NCBI GenBank assembly: GCA_002633005.1
Contig: NMRA01000560.1
Coordinates: forward strand, 137,407 to 201,406
From: Phoronis australis
Taxonomy: Eukaryota; Animalia; Phoronida
DNA length: 64,000 bases
Reading direction: 5' to 3'
Under the pieces are notes generated by a model, which was not told where the DNA came from, ran no database searches, and saw only the letters and a list, made by a program, of their open reading frames with translations. Made by a program: the position numbers and the translations under genes. Every line of letters begins with the position of its first letter. Position 1 is the stretch's first letter. Positions 23,447 to 37,623 of this stretch are shown here, in pieces.

Positions 23447-23884
23447 TATATTCGCTTGTTCAGTATGACGTCATAATGAGGTTTCGCACCCAGTCCAATA
23501 AAATGAAATTACAAATTAAAAACAACAATTATAATAATAAGGTCATATTTAAGTAGCGCTGTAAACTATTAAGTACTTCGGAAATTGTTATAATGGAATG
23601 GTCAATCGTAACTCTTATCCACTCGTCCGGCGAGAGCAAACATTGGGTGCAACCATTATCGAAGAATGCAGGTTAACCCAAACATTTAGTTTTGTAAAAA
23701 TATCAACTGCCAAATTGCCCAGGGGTTACTTGAATCGGAAAAATACTGAGTGCTGCAAACATTTTGAAAATGTGGCGTGTAGTGACTGTGGGGCTAATGA
23801 TTCCTAGCGCGCCTGTTTGAGGATCCAAATCACGTCATATTAGTGGCAGATACAGTGTACGTCATCACTGAACATCCGAATATA
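23447..23884. mobile_element. MITE
   Basis: tatattcgcttgttcagtatgacgt vs revcomp of right end tatattcggatgttcagtgatgacgt. Confidence 0.6.
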
Positions 23885-25106
23885 AGAGGAGTATCATTCA
23901 CTTTCAGTTTCAGGTAAGTTTCAAGACGAGTAAATAACTAAAAATATTAGTTCAAAAGCCTCTAATTTGTGTAGCCAGATACGACTGAGCCTGTCGAATT
24001 CACTTAAATGTGGCTATTGCCTCAATCTAGCGCCACGTATAATGCACTTGTAACTCTCTATTTACAGTTCCATACCCAAACCGGCAGTTCCTTGACGAGG
24101 TAGAAGAATTTGAAACATAAAAAAGTAGATCACGTGAACTCGTGAAGTTAATCGTTTTAGTTAATGCGAGAGAACAAAACCAAGTCCTGAGGGCATGGGC
24201 ATAATAACTTGATGAAATTGTTTTTCTTATTTTTTTTTTTGGTTGGACGGAGGCAAATGCAGAACTTGATAAAGTGCTGTACATGTAGTTTCCCTAACAT
24301 TTAGTTTTGACTTATGGACCGTTAGGCAGTGAGATCTGTATTTTTGATTTTCTTCAGACTCTCGTGAAGCGTGCGGAGTGCATCGTAAGCCTTGACTACA
24401 CACTCCGATTAATCGCACGATTTCGTATGGCGATTACTTTACATAATCAAAGTGTGTTGGCACTTATCGACCTTATGTACACGAATTGCGGCAACTGTAC
24501 CCCCAATACTTGTATACGACGAAATTTATTCACGAATCCCGTACAGCGAGACGAGAAGAACAGTCTGTACACTTCACGCTTTTGTAGTCTACAACTTCGT
24601 GTTAGATAGATTCTGTTTTAGGAACGGTGGTAATGGATCACATGCCTGGTAGAGCCAATTGCTCGCACTGCGATGATCCGTAGCATTCAGCAGTGTCACA
24701 GTCATACAGGTTCAAGTCCGACAAGAGTATTTTTGACCCACTTGGGTATAACAGGCAGCATGGAGTTCATGTTGCTTTTTGGGAAAATTTTATCTTTCAA
24801 GTAAAACCAAAACGCATGAGTTGGTCAGGCAAGATATGATCTTTGGCTTCCCTGACTGGTGTGATCTTATCTGTACCTGCTCAAGGCAACACATTAAATT
24901 ATCAGTTTGAAAATGTATTATGACATCCCTAGATAACATTGTTGTCTGATTACAGATGTCATTTCACCTGTTACACAGTGGCGAACATACTGGCCGAGTT
25001 TGGGGATGTGAACTTTCCACTTCTTTACGAACAATTGGTTTTTCCAAGCATGTTAACAAATCAACGCATATGGAGGAGTTTTAATTAGACTCGCTATTTG
25101 CACACC

Positions 25107-25584
25107 ATGGAAGTATCGGAGAAATGGCTGAGTTCATGCGTCTCACAAAATAACCGCAACGTGACTACCTGTTCATTATGGAATTCAAGCGTTCACACGA
25201 TCACAGATATAGCAACGGGCTTCAGCTGCCTGACTTCTATTTTAGCCTCCTTTGGGATTGTTATATGCTACACTAGGTGTCCGGCAATACGGACAACGAG
25301 CAAGAGTCTGTTACTGTACCTTACTCTAGCAGACTTTTTGACAGCTTCCGGAAATTTGGTCGGACTTACCCGTGATATCCTTTTGCAGAATAGCAGCGCC
25401 AACCTGACAGACGCTATGGAGACTCTGTGTATTGCTCAAAGCATAGTTACAACTTACTCCAGCATGTGTTCTTTTTTCTGGACGGCAGCCATTTCATATT
25501 TTATCTTATTACCAGTGGCGAAGAACTGGATGCTTGAAACCAAGTTCTTGGTCACCTGTCACGTGATCTGTTGGTTCGTGCCAG
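25107..25584 (+). CDS. GPR157: GPR157-like (cAMP-receptor/slime-mould-type 7TM) paralog A, exon 1
   Basis: accATGg; SCLTSILASFGIV..Y..CPAIRTTSKSLLLYLTLADFLTASGNLVG...LCIAQSIVTTYSSMCSFFWTAAIS...CHVICWFVP, CCA G|gt. Confidence 0.88.
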
Positions 25585-28284
25585 GTAATTACAATATGTT
25601 TGCTTACTTAGTTCTAAGCATTTTAAAATTTACGTTTGTGTCTCAGAATTTATAATCTTTGCACTGAGAAATTGATGATATCAAGTTAATTTTCAGCTCA
25701 CTCTCTAAATTTAATCTGAGATGAGCACTTTTCTTAAAATGTTTGTAATAATTTTAACAATTTTAAAGTCTCTTAAAAGTCAATAAATATGGAAGCAAAA
25801 ACATGAAAACAGATATTAAGATATTTTGGATGATAAAATACTTAGTGTGGTTTTAAAAGTTCTTGTATACATATATTGTAAGGTTATTGCTGAATACATG
25901 ATGTTGGAGTCAACATGTATTTTCCTAAATAATATTTTTATGATAAAAAGTATACATGACCTGTCTGCAGCATTACATTGTCTTAAGTCGCAGAAATTCA
26001 CGACAATAGAGTACCTATCAAGAGAGACAACGTATTAACTACAGACGATTACGTTGGTGTCGCTGTAGAACTGATACGGGGTGGGGGTGGGGATGTTCTT
26101 CGGACCCAAAACACTGGCGATAAAAACTAATGTGATCACGTGTTTTGACTGCATGGCAATACCTCGGAGTCTTGCGTTATCTTGCATTGTTCCGTAACCG
26201 TAGACACGGTAATTGGTACATCTCGCTTCACCACAAATCATTCACATCTAAATCTACAGGCTTGCAATACAAGACAAAGGCACAACCTTGTAAGTTTTAT
26301 AGCAACAGCAGACAATATTGCTTGCATAGCCAATCTTGTGTAAGCGGAGTTTATTACGAGAAGACGTTACATTAACCGATAAAGAGGAGTCTGGGCACAT
26401 TTTCTTGGAATGAAATTTTTATCTTCTGTCGAAATGGTATACCAGTGACATTATGGTCATTTGCGTGCTCATGTCTGCCGAGTTGAAGATTTAACATCTA
26501 ACCACAATCTTACGCTCAAGTACTTTCAGATGAGCCTTGACCTGTATTTGTGGAGGCTAGCTTTCACAAATATGCTCAGAATAACTGCTTACTCTACCAA
26601 AATCTCAGAAAGTATTGAACCCTAGTACGGTGTTGTAAAGACTGGCCTTTTATGTACATCTACTTCAGACTTTATTTCCGACTTTGTAACCGGATAAGAT
26701 AAAACGATTTTACATGGCGATAACACCGGGAATTACCCACATGACTCGTTTTAGGTGGTGAGACTTAACGTCATACTGATCAGATGATGCGTGCTCAACA
26801 AAAGATTTGCTAAAATTCTATGGCCGCGTTTGATTGACTCCGCTATCACGTTTCGGTGACCGGCTTAGACACGTTCTCGGTGGCGATTTCCTGCTTACGG
26901 ACCAATCGGACGTCGTAACCGGGGATGTCAGTCGACTGTATTCGATGCATTACGAGGCTCAAATATTTGTATGTGGTTGCATGTTGTCATTACGGTCACC
27001 TCTGTCCGGTGGTGCTGCGTCTTGCGTTTGGCATCCGGCGTACGCTGCTGTATTTCGACAAGATTTCGCTGATAAGTTTCTATAGACGGAGGACAAGTGT
27101 CGGATCGATCCTCTGTATCTTTGTAATTCCTTAGTGGATTTTATGAAATTTGGCAAATAAGTTTCTATTAAGAGACAACGACACCTTTACATTCTTGGAC
27201 GGATTTGTCGTATTCTGCGCTACATGGTGGCCATTTAAAAATGAGTACGTTTTTTACGCCAGCCTCTTCATCCGCCGAACCGCTCAAAGGCTCATTGTAC
27301 GTTTGCCTTTGTATCTTTGGATTTAATGAATGGGTATTTGTTAAATTTAGCAAATAGGTTTCTACTGAGGAGACAACAATACTTTCCCTTTTGCAGACGG
27401 ATTCGTGGTCATTTTTTATTATTTTGAGTCGTCTTTAGCTTCCGTCAAACTGTTCGAAGAATCAATATGAAACTTTGCCATTGTGTTCCTGGTGAGAAGA
27501 ACATGGAAGACGTTGATTTTCGGACGTGTTTGTGGCATTCTCTAGTGGTAATTTTGTGTTGTTTTTTACAAAAATGACTTTGTACCCTAATAGTACCGTA
27601 GTACCCTTATTTGCTCTTGCTTCTGTTTCTTTGGAGTTCCTGGGCGGAAGTTCATCGTATTCTGCGGCATTTAATGGCCGTTTTTATGATGCTGAGTAAA
27701 CACCCCTAGAAGCATACCCTAGCTTTGCCATGCAGGCGTGAGCTCATTTCAAAGCTACACGTTGCTTTTTGTATAGTGATTGTTTTGCCATTCTTGCACC
27801 GAAAAGCATGTTGCAGTTGACCCGTAGTGAGCTTATGAGACCAGTATTGTTTTTTCGTATTGCTTGGCAAGTTTCTAAGTTCTTGTGTTATCACCGGATG
27901 TTTGCGAGCCGTCAACCTTCTCATAATGCAATTGAAAAACGAGCCCCGTAGATGAAATTCCCTAAACTATTACTGCATGGGTAGATTGTACACGAAAGGT
28001 GCAATCAATTGCATGACCGCAACTCTAAATTCTTGGTACTGTCCCACACATCCCAGTTCCGGAGGAAAGGAGATCAAACTTACGGTTCATATTCTCAGGC
28101 CTGTGGACCTGAACTCCACGACTTAGGACGTATGGCCCTGGGGATTTATACCACGGGTTTGACGTCGATGCGTACCGGTCCGGTACTGCATGCAGTGTAA
28201 GCGGTCGTTGCTGGAATTTAGAGTCGCGGTCATGGAATTGTTTTTACCGCTCAGTATTTGTAATTCACACTCTTTTCTCTTTAG

Positions 28285-28508
28285 CGGCCATTGTGACCGT
28301 AGCAGCGACGACCAAAGTCCTTGGTGCCGATTACGACCTTTCAGCCACTGGTTCATGGTGCTGGATAAAGTCAAACATTAACTTAACAAACAACGCAGTC
28401 CTAGATTGTCCGTATTTCTGGCAGGTAACGACTGGCAAGTTTTGGGAAATTACCGTCTACGTGCTGACTGCTCTGAATTACTTTCTACTCAAGTTCATTC
28501 TTTACAAG
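28285..28508 (+). CDS. GPR157: GPR157-like paralog A, exon 2
   Basis: ctttag|CG...AAG|gtgagt; VLGADYDLSATGSWCWIK...WQVTTGKFWEITVYVL. Confidence 0.9.
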
Positions 28509-28709
28509 GTGAGTTCACGGTTTTACGTTATCCTATCGAGAGTCAACTATTATTAAAATCTCTTGGTCTATTTACACCGACATCTTGTCTATTTACACTG
28601 TTACGACGTTTTGGTCGCTCTATTCTCCGGCCATCGTCAGGTGTTTCTGCGTTCTTAGAACGAGCACGGATATGTGCTACACTCATCATGGTGTGATTGT
28701 TTTGCCCAA

Positions 28710-28936
28710 GGCTAAATGGGTGAACGTTACGCACATAAATTACTTGCGTAAGTTAATTTAAAATAATCGTGGTGCATTAAGTCATTATTACTTTACGGCC
28801 TAAAGTAATTATTTAAGGCGTTAAAAGTTTCTTTACATCATAAACAATTACTTTACGCCGCAAAAATTACTTTACGTCTCTACCAAGAATTAAATTACGC
28901 ACCTAATTTACGTCCATAACTTTCAACTATTTGGCC
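28710..28936. mobile_element. MITE with GGC...GCC termini
   Basis: ggctaaatgggtgaacgttacgcacataaatta vs revcomp ggccaaatagttgaaagttatggacgtaaatta. Confidence 0.65.
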
Positions 28937-29525
28937 AACGATAGATATAATAGCAAAACCTTTTCGCCCGCATCACCACTGCACGAACCCTGTCGCTGTG
29001 CTACCCGAGACGGACCCCATCTGCTACGTTCAATTGACATATTTTGCTTCCGGGTTTATTTTACGAAAAGCGAAGACGTGCTTTCAAGTATGGAATTAAA
29101 CCTAAAGCCATTCTAAAACAAAATTATAAAAAACAAATCCGGTATGATTTTGCTCGTCTCACGTGTGTTATCGTTTGAAAATATGAGCAGAATTCATTTA
29201 AGAAGCGCTATTCAGATGTAATGTTTCCTTGTTTTTGTTTTGAGGTGGGCGGTCTTTCCTACAGCAGTCGATTTACTCATCCAAAGCGTTAGGCACGTTT
29301 GAAGATTTACCAGATATTGTGTATATCTAAATGTCAGACTTGCTCCAAAAGCTTAGGGCTTGACGACAGTGGCGAAACATTATTTGCTTTACAGATTTAA
29401 GTGATCTATCCGGCCATTATGACGGCCATCTGTTTGACAATACACATTCACAAACTGTGTATGATTATATAATCTAATGTACACTCAAATAATTTCATTG
29501 GGTAATTAATTACCTGTATTTCCAG

Positions 29526-29714
29526 AGGAAAAAGATGAACTCCCAGATGTGGGCGCCCTTCGCCGTTGGTGTTGGTCGTGTACACAAAAAAGAAGACAAA
29601 AATTTCCTCTTTGTTCCTATAGTGCTTTACTTGTTACGCCTGTGGGGCACTTTAAGGTTTTTCCTACAGTTTCAGCCGGATCCGTGTGCGTCACTAGTAT
29701 TACTACCACTGCAG
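29526..29714 (+). CDS. GPR157: GPR157-like paralog A, exon 3
   Basis: ttccag|AGG...CAG|gtaggt; EDKNFLFVPIVLYLLRLWGTLRF. Confidence 0.9.
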
Positions 29715-30616
29715 GTAGGTTACGCTATTTTCATGTCACCTTTCTGTGTAGGTGGCGCTGTGATAGAGGGCACACTAAGGATGAACTCCTCTTTGACACT
29801 CAAGGGGAACGCGTCGCCTTTTCATTGGGTGTTCTGTTAACGCGTTCCCATTGTCGCACATGCGACTGAACGTTGTGTGTGAAACTGCTCCAATAAAAGA
29901 AATATGAGTAAATTTTGACTAGTTCGTTTCAAGTTGACATGTTTTAATTCATTGAAAAGTACTGAGCCTGGAAAATGATATACAAATACAGCCATTTCAG
30001 TACATGGGTATGCACAATAGCATACAATAAATAACACCTTTCACTAAGTATAATAAAACTGATACCGAAGTGTGTATGTGACACAAAATCGTCAATTATC
30101 ACCCAAATCTGCCATGTCCTTGGTATCACATAAACCATCAAGCCCAAAACACTCGATTATAAAAAGAGTTGGGAAGTACACTGTACATATTTACCGTTCT
30201 TTACCAATCTGAAGCATTCTATCATGAGTTGTACCTGAAGAGCGAAAGGTTAAAACGCCTAGACAGTGAAAACCGAATCCAATGATCAGCGAATTGCCTT
30301 TTTTCTTTCAGAACACTCTCAAAATCAAACAAAGTGTCCATTTGTCATTCGTAGTGTCCACACGCAGCCCAACTCTCAAAATGCCTAGCCAAACACAACA
30401 ACTACCAAATTTCTAATGGATTTGGGGAGGTACTAAATTCACTTGTGGCTCACCCTGTATTCAAAGTGTGAGGCTGCGCAGTAGCCTCATTTCTATCTCC
30501 AAAATAGATAACATCTTGCAGAAATGGCTTGCTCTGAATGTATAGGCTATAACAACGTGCCCCATCGACTGGAGCCAACACGGAAGGTTTAACATTTATT
30601 TTTATTTCATTTTCAG

Positions 30617-30802
30617 GGTTATGGCGACAGCGGACAGGCTTTCTGGAACTTCATTATATTTTTTGTATTGGACAGTAGTGTACGAAGCCAGTGCTGTCCT
30701 TCTAAATATTTTCAGTTCTCCTATGACTACGACAACTCGACTTCAACGGCCAATCTGGAGTCGGAGGAAACGGGGGGCAGGGAGGCAAGCGCCTTCCAAT
30801 AA
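30617..30802 (+). CDS. GPR157: GPR157-like paralog A, exon 4
   Basis: tttcag|GGT; GYGDSGQAFWNFIIFFVLDSSVR...SAFQ TAA; spliced CDS 1077 nt. Confidence 0.88.
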   Translation, partial: GYGDSGQAFWNFIIFFVLDSSVRSQCCPSKYFQFSYDYDNSTSTANLESEETGGREASAFQ

Positions 30803-31826
30803 TTTGCAGGCATCACGCCAACCGGCATAGGCGTGGGGTCGGGGGCAGCCAACACGGAGGGCCCTGGCCAGGTCATTGGTGTTAGTGGCCCCATTCATTG
30901 CGGCATAGATAGTCTAAGCACAAGTGAAAATTTGCACTCTTTTATTCATAAAAATCGAGAGCATATTAATTCACAGGATTTTCAAATTCAAGAAGACAAT
31001 TTTAGGGAATGCAAAACTATATCTCTGCTGGGACACCTCTCTGCCACTGCAAGGGATGGTTAAGTCATCTAGTACTGCTCTCGTTTTTTCTCGAAATTGT
31101 ATTCACTTGATAAAAATTGAGAACTTGATATTATTAATCGCTGCTCATCACCTGTTTTCTGACATTTTAGATCGTTTCAAATTTAATGGCCCACTCCTTG
31201 GAGAGCCCGTTGATGGCATCCATGCTGCCACCAAGTTCGTTATTTTTATTGACAATGTCTTAAGGGGCTCCTTACGGAGAGAGGGTCCCATCATATAACC
31301 GGTTGCTTCTGTTCTTCTGTTTCTGAACCAACATGGATTCATGATCATTCCTTTAACTTATTAGCAGGGTGAAGTTGAGCAAATCTCTATCATTCAATCT
31401 CCAAACATATGTAGCAGAATATTCTAGACAATTGTGCCTATCTGAAATAACGCTCACAGACATTGAGGAAATTCTGACGGTTCTAAAGAGTGTCCAAAAA
31501 TGTACTCACAAGTCAAATGACATTACGTGTAAATGCATTGTTTATTGACTTCAGAACTATATTAATATTTTAGTTCACAAACATGAGATCAAAAAAGGTT
31601 TTTAAAAGCCTTGAAATCAAATGAAGCACAATGCTTGCTCGCTAGGGAAGATTAATCGTCCTTGCACTTCATTAGTGATTTTTTCCACTGAACTATTCAT
31701 TTGCTTTTGCATAGTTTACAACATACAATTAATAACACGAGGACTCACAGTCACATACATACATCCGTGCGCACGTGTATATTAGTCGAGTATATATCTG
31801 CAATATTTTTGTTACCCAAAAAATTA

Positions 31827-33258
31827 GGGTGCTCCGTCGAAATTGGAATCCCGCTGTAAAACAGATGTCCCGGAGTCGAACACAGGACTGTTGCACCTTC
31901 AAAACAGTTAACTAGCCCGAAAAACACGAACCCCGACCCATGCACACACCTAGCCTTTAATATGGGGGGGCTCGAATTTCTGGCGATGTGGACCTTTTGC
32001 TGACAAAAAAGCGGCAGGACTAAAAACGGGGTACCACCGTCAGAACTATGACCTATGCGTCTGCGCCTTTTTAGTGGACTTTTGTCTCGTTTTCTTGGAC
32101 TTTTTCTTTCTCTGAGGCGGACTTTTTTTGCCCACTTCGCCAAATGGGACCCCCTGGGTGCGTGCATGCCCTGACCTTTAAGACACGACCTCGACCTTCA
32201 AAACAGAAACCCCGGAAACTGGAGAGCTTGAAAAACTGTATAATTTTCCAAATTTTCTGAGACGATGCCAGTAGCCTCAAACTTTGAGTTAAAGCATCTT
32301 CAAGTACTTTCCAGTTTCTGTATTTCTTTGTTAGGAATTTTCAGTAATAAAACGTAACTTATAATTGACTTTGTTATTTTCTTTTTATCGGTAAAATTCG
32401 TGCAACTTGTCTGTGGGCGAATTTCCACATAATGTGTACTTTCCACACGTTGTTATCCACTGATGTTGATCTATGGGTTGCACGTACTGTATGGGCTGTC
32501 ATTTGGTATTGATCCGACTTGAATACACAAAACCACACAGCGGCTCTTTAGTACAATAGCCAATGTCCTATTTCTGTGTCAGGGGGTAGGTAGGCGCCCA
32601 AAGCCCACCGTACCACCTTGAGCACTGAACGTAACTTACGGTGGGTAGGCGCTACGTTCAAATGCCAAAAGGTGGTTGGCTGCGCCTACGTGCGCCTACG
32701 CCCCACTACAGCACTGTTGTTAACTCGGTGAATATTCAATTAATTTCAGATTGTTTAATTAGTTTCTCCAAATTTCAAAAATGAAAAACAAAAATATTAT
32801 TTCGACTTTCCAGTGCCATTGTTGATTAATTCCTTTAAATTTCTTTACAATTGGCTACATTTCAGGGCTCGTCAATTTACTGGTCGAGAATACATTATTT
32901 CCGACATAAAATTTCAGGATTTTGAAATGGACCGCAAGAATTATTCACTCAAAAGAACTGCACCGTCACCAATGTCACCCTAACCGTTCTTGTTCTCAAA
33001 AAAGTTTAATTGAACTTCTCGTCGATCATTGAAACGGAATTTTGAATCGGACGGTGATTAGGTATTATTCTCTTGAGACAAACACTGTTCGACAAAAAGT
33101 GCGGGAGTGGTGTTTCGGTCCCTGGGTACCCCGTCCGATACCCGGGGTTCTAGTGTTAAAGGTCGGGGTTCGTCATTTTCGGGCTGGTTAGCTGTTTTGA
33201 AGGTGCGGGCGTCTGTTTTCGACTCCAACATATTTGTTTAAATTTCGATGGAACGCCT
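31827..33258. mobile_element. 1.4-kb TIR element with ~110-bp imperfect TIRs and nested MITEs
   Basis: gcaccttcaaaacagttaactagcccgaaaa..cgaaccccgacc at left inverted at 33160-33210. Confidence 0.75.
32575..32716 (-). mobile_element. hAT-type MITE, inverted copy of 53684-53839
   Basis: near-complete reverse-complement match to the 53.7-kb copy. Confidence 0.85.
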
Positions 33259-34407
33259 TGAAAATGATGAGCCATGATTTTCATTGTTCGTTGGTATATG
33301 ATTGTTTAAAGGACACTTTCTGGTTCTACAACTATAAATAATTTTTACACAGCAAAAATACCTAGTTTTATTATGACTTTGTTATAATTATCTTTTTAAC
33401 AATATTTCGAAAATCAGCATCTTTGTATTTAAATGTATACCCTTCTTAGCCAACAGCCAAGCACTTGACACATGACAGAAAATTGTCAGTCATATAACAT
33501 CCAACAACATGTGTTCTGGAACGGCTTCTCTGTCTACACTACAGAAGGTATAATAATTTTCACAATCATGTTTTGCTCTTGGGCTACTAAACAAAACCCA
33601 TGCGTCGAAGCTCGCTTCCAGAGATATATAGGAGACCACAGGTTGGCGTAAGTTGGTCATTTATTATGAGTGGACTCTTGGTACAAAACAATGCAAGAGG
33701 GTAGATAAATAGTAGCAAAATAACATTATCTCTGGAAAGATGGACAATAAAAAACCGCAACACTGGGGGAAGGGAGAGAGAGAGAGAAATGGCACGTCGT
33801 GTTGCGGGTGGTTGACTGCTGCGTAAGAGCAAAGACATACATGTACCTATGGGAAATGACAATTATCACCCTGTGAGAGTTGACGTACAATCAGCCAAGT
33901 CAAAAGCGGTTGTGCTAATGTATATTGGGAGTTGTAAAGTAAACAATAGTTTCTCAAAGCATGATAAAATTTGTTCTCTATTGTTTCAAAACAGTTTTCG
34001 AAGCCCTGACGCACGTCTTGTTTTGAATTAGCGACAGGACTATGAGTAATTTTCTATATGCGAAAGAGATTTGTTCTATGAAATTGGTGTTAGAAGCAGT
34101 TTACTTCCCTCCTTGGAGATAATAAAATTCATCTCAGCTCAAAATACGCCACTGTTGCATTTTCATCTAGAATGTGAAAATAACCGATTTTCCAAGTTTG
34201 CATGGAAGCCGATCATCCCACCGAAATCAGGGGTCAATTTAAGTCCTAAAGGTAGTATACATGTAAACTAACACCAGTGGTGTATTTACTTAGAACTGGA
34301 CACAAAACAGAGAGCTTGATGGTACTCCGGTAAATTTTCCTACGACTCACAATAGTGTGTGCACGTGCAATGAAACGTGTACATTGCTGTCACGCGGATT
34401 TCACAAA

Positions 34408-34558
34408 CATGGGCGGAGCAGCGCTGAAAAAAGTGGGGGGAGTGGCTATGGCCGCCCCAACCCACTATGGTGCGCCGCTCATCGGTCACATGGGCGGCGG
34501 ACCACTGTAATACTGGGGGGATATAGCTTCCCCAGCCTCCTAAGCTGCGCCGCCCATG
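34408..34558. mobile_element. MITE
   Basis: catgggcggagcagc ... gctgcgccgcccatg terminal inverted repeats. Confidence 0.65.
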
Positions 34559-36327
34559 ACAAAGGTGATGGTTATCATTTGCAGCTGTATAAAGGATAAC
34601 ATTTGGCTAGGAGAGCCCGCTGCTAGCCCTGAGCTGGGATGAGATTGGTATTTGAGTGCGATTACACGTTGCTGATAAAGTAATCAGCTTCACTGATCTT
34701 TTAAAAAAATAATCGGCCAAGAAGCAATCTGTGCGGCAAAAAGCCGCACAATTTACCGGGTTTTTTTATAGAAATCATGCACGCATCCCCCTAAAAATAG
34801 TGGTTTCACGAATTTTTCAGAACGGGGGCCTTTTACTAAAAAACGGGTTACTTTCAGAGCTTTGAATTGAGCACTCTACGAGTTCCTGTCTTTTTAATGG
34901 ACTTTTGTCTCGTTTCCTACCTTTCGGACATCTTGTTTCTCTGGGGCGAACCTTTTTGCCCAAATCGCCAAATGGGGGGCGAAGTTCTCGCCTGCATGGA
35001 ATGCACGTCCACTCACATTATCTGCACTGTGCTACTAAACACTGAGACCGGAAAAATTTACACGACGAACACTATCTTAAATCGGACGTCAAAAGCAATG
35101 ACTAGCAATTTTTGTGATTTTGATAACTGGGCTTCGTTTCTTCTGCTTCCTTTTCTTGCGAATCGTCTGTTTGTCGAAATATTTTTGAGCGGACTCATCA
35201 AATGTCGTCGATTTCCATAACATATATGTTGCTTGGCAGTACCGGGTGAGCCGATGGACTTACTGTCCCGCCACCTTTTGGTTGAGTGGGATACAGTTTC
35301 CGACTTTATCATGTGATAGCTATTTCGGAAGTGTGACCTACTTTACACAATTAACTCTAGGTTAACCTCGACAGCGTTACTAGAGACACGTTTATGCCTC
35401 AAACATTTTCCTCGATGGAGTCATGTCTACGAAACAAAGCAGTGTGTAGGTGATGTGGAGCCCAGTGTAAAAGGCATCTACATCCTCTACTTGCAGATCA
35501 AGGTGAGGAAACCCTGTGAACATTGGTAGAGTGGCCCATAACGCCTTACCCAGCTACATGTACGTTAATTGTTAATTCTGTGGCATTTTTCCGGCGTTAC
35601 ACCTGTATCTGTACTGTTCGTCATTCTCGCTGGTAAGACTTTGCCCTTAACGTGGTAGGGATTATTCTCTCAAATGCCTAACTATTTATAATGCATGCAT
35701 TTCTGGATATAACGTACAATTACGTGAATGTGTGAATACTTGAGGGTCACCCAGTACATGGCACGTAAACCGGGTTTAGCCTCATTCGTTGACAACAACT
35801 CGGAGAAGATATGACGCGGCTTTTGTGGTTGTCAGTTTCTCGCAGAATGTAAGTTGTTCTTTCGAAGTCCAATTGGCTGTTGTGTAGCCCGGCTGCAGTG
35901 CCAAATGATGTTACAAACATGACCTCATACAAACGCTGTACAGTGCTCTAAATACTCGCAGTGTTTTACTACATGTATCTTACCAAGCAATGTTCTCCTA
36001 TTTTCGACCAAGCTCTCTGCGCAGAATACTCAGAGAGTAAAGAGCTGGCAAGCCTTGCTGATTTTTCGACTTGAAACCCTGGGATGATCCAAGGAGATTT
36101 GAAAAATCTTTTAACTCCAAGTCTTCATTGCTCGCTGTGGTTAATCTCCTTCGTGTTCAACGACCCTGTTTTAATTTGATGGATATGTTGCAAAGTCTGA
36201 CGTAGAATTCCGTGATCTAACCTATCTTAAGGCCATTGGGAAGTATTGTTTTTTCTGGTCCAACTTTCATTTACCCGGAATAGAAATACGTCTTGTAACG
36301 TACTGGTACGGCTAATAAATCATTCAT

Positions 36328-36480
36328 AGGCGGATCCGGGGAGGTCAAGGGGGTTCGGACCCCCTTTTTCTTTTTTTTAGTGACATCAAATCTAGAATCT
36401 TCAAATTGTTGAGTTGGACCCCTTTTCAGAAAACCCTTGATCCGACCCTCCCTTTTAGAAAATCCTGGATCCTTCCGTGT
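36328..36480. mobile_element. MITE (GGCGGATCC type)
   Basis: ataggcggatccggggagg...cctggatccttccgtg. Confidence 0.55.
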
Positions 36481-37623
36481 CACAGCACTGTTTCTTGGAA
36501 CTTCTAATCGCCTTACTGCATGATTTTTGCGTGCTTTGAATTATAAGCGTAATATGTTATCGTTTGGAAATAATCGTATCATTTGATAACACATCCAGAT
36601 TGTGAAACTGCAGGAAAATATCTACCTCTCGTTTCGTTATTGCTTAACAGCACCAGGTTGTGTTCCAGTTACGGATTTCTGCGTGTGGGCACTTTTAACG
36701 TATGATGCCTTGTATGGCTCAGAAGTGGATCGCTATTTTGGCAAATGTGTGCACGTTGGGTGAAAATGTTTATGGATCATATTTTTCCTATCACAATAGA
36801 GGAGAGATATAAATAGGGGTCTTTTCATGAAACGTCCCTAATGTAAGGACTTAGTCCTCATTTGTCACAGTTTTCAATGAAATCGTGGTTCCCTTTTCAC
36901 ATGCATTATTAGAAAATTTCATAAGTAGAAGAGGAGCTCGTGAGAAATACAAATTAAAAGAAGGATGTATCATTAGTTCGTGCCCAAATTCTACAAATGC
37001 GCTGAAAATTTAGGGGAGATGGTTGAGTCCCTATTGGGACTGTTTCATGCAACCAAAAACTCATCTGCTTTGACGCTTTTCATCTGCAGCTTTTCTCAAA
37101 GCAAAAATTATAGTGTTTAAACCACAAGTGATTTTTGTATTGACTTATCTTATCACACTGCGCAAGTGTAAAACAAATCAAGTCCGACATTTAAGTCACT
37201 TTCTTTATTTGCTACCATGGAAATGTAGTCACAGATAGTCTTGAAGCACTTTATACAAGAATTTCTCTTGGGATAAGTTTCCTGAAGAGTGACTTGGCTT
37301 AAGTCAGAAATTTACCCTTACGCTCCAAACGGCTCTTTCCGAAAAACAATGTGATCTCACTTCAGATGAAAAGTGTCTGAGAGTAGTTCCAAAATTGATA
37401 ATTAGCCAAACTTGTGTTAAACCTTGCTCGATTGTGTCTGTGTCAACAGCGAAGTGGAAGCGGAAGACAACATTATGCTTAAAGGAAACTTATCACGAGT
37501 CACGTGATTGCAAACGTGCAACATCAACCATCAACGACATTTATTTTATCCTGTTATTTTTCAGACCAATGTACATTAAACAGAAGTGACACTGCTAGCT
37601 AGTGACGTCATCTTTGCTCATCG

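Noticed and set aside
30621-30830. ORF MATADRLSG... as last exon of paralog A
   Set aside because: Wrong frame; the homologous GDSGQAFWNF frame starts at 30617 and stops at 30802.
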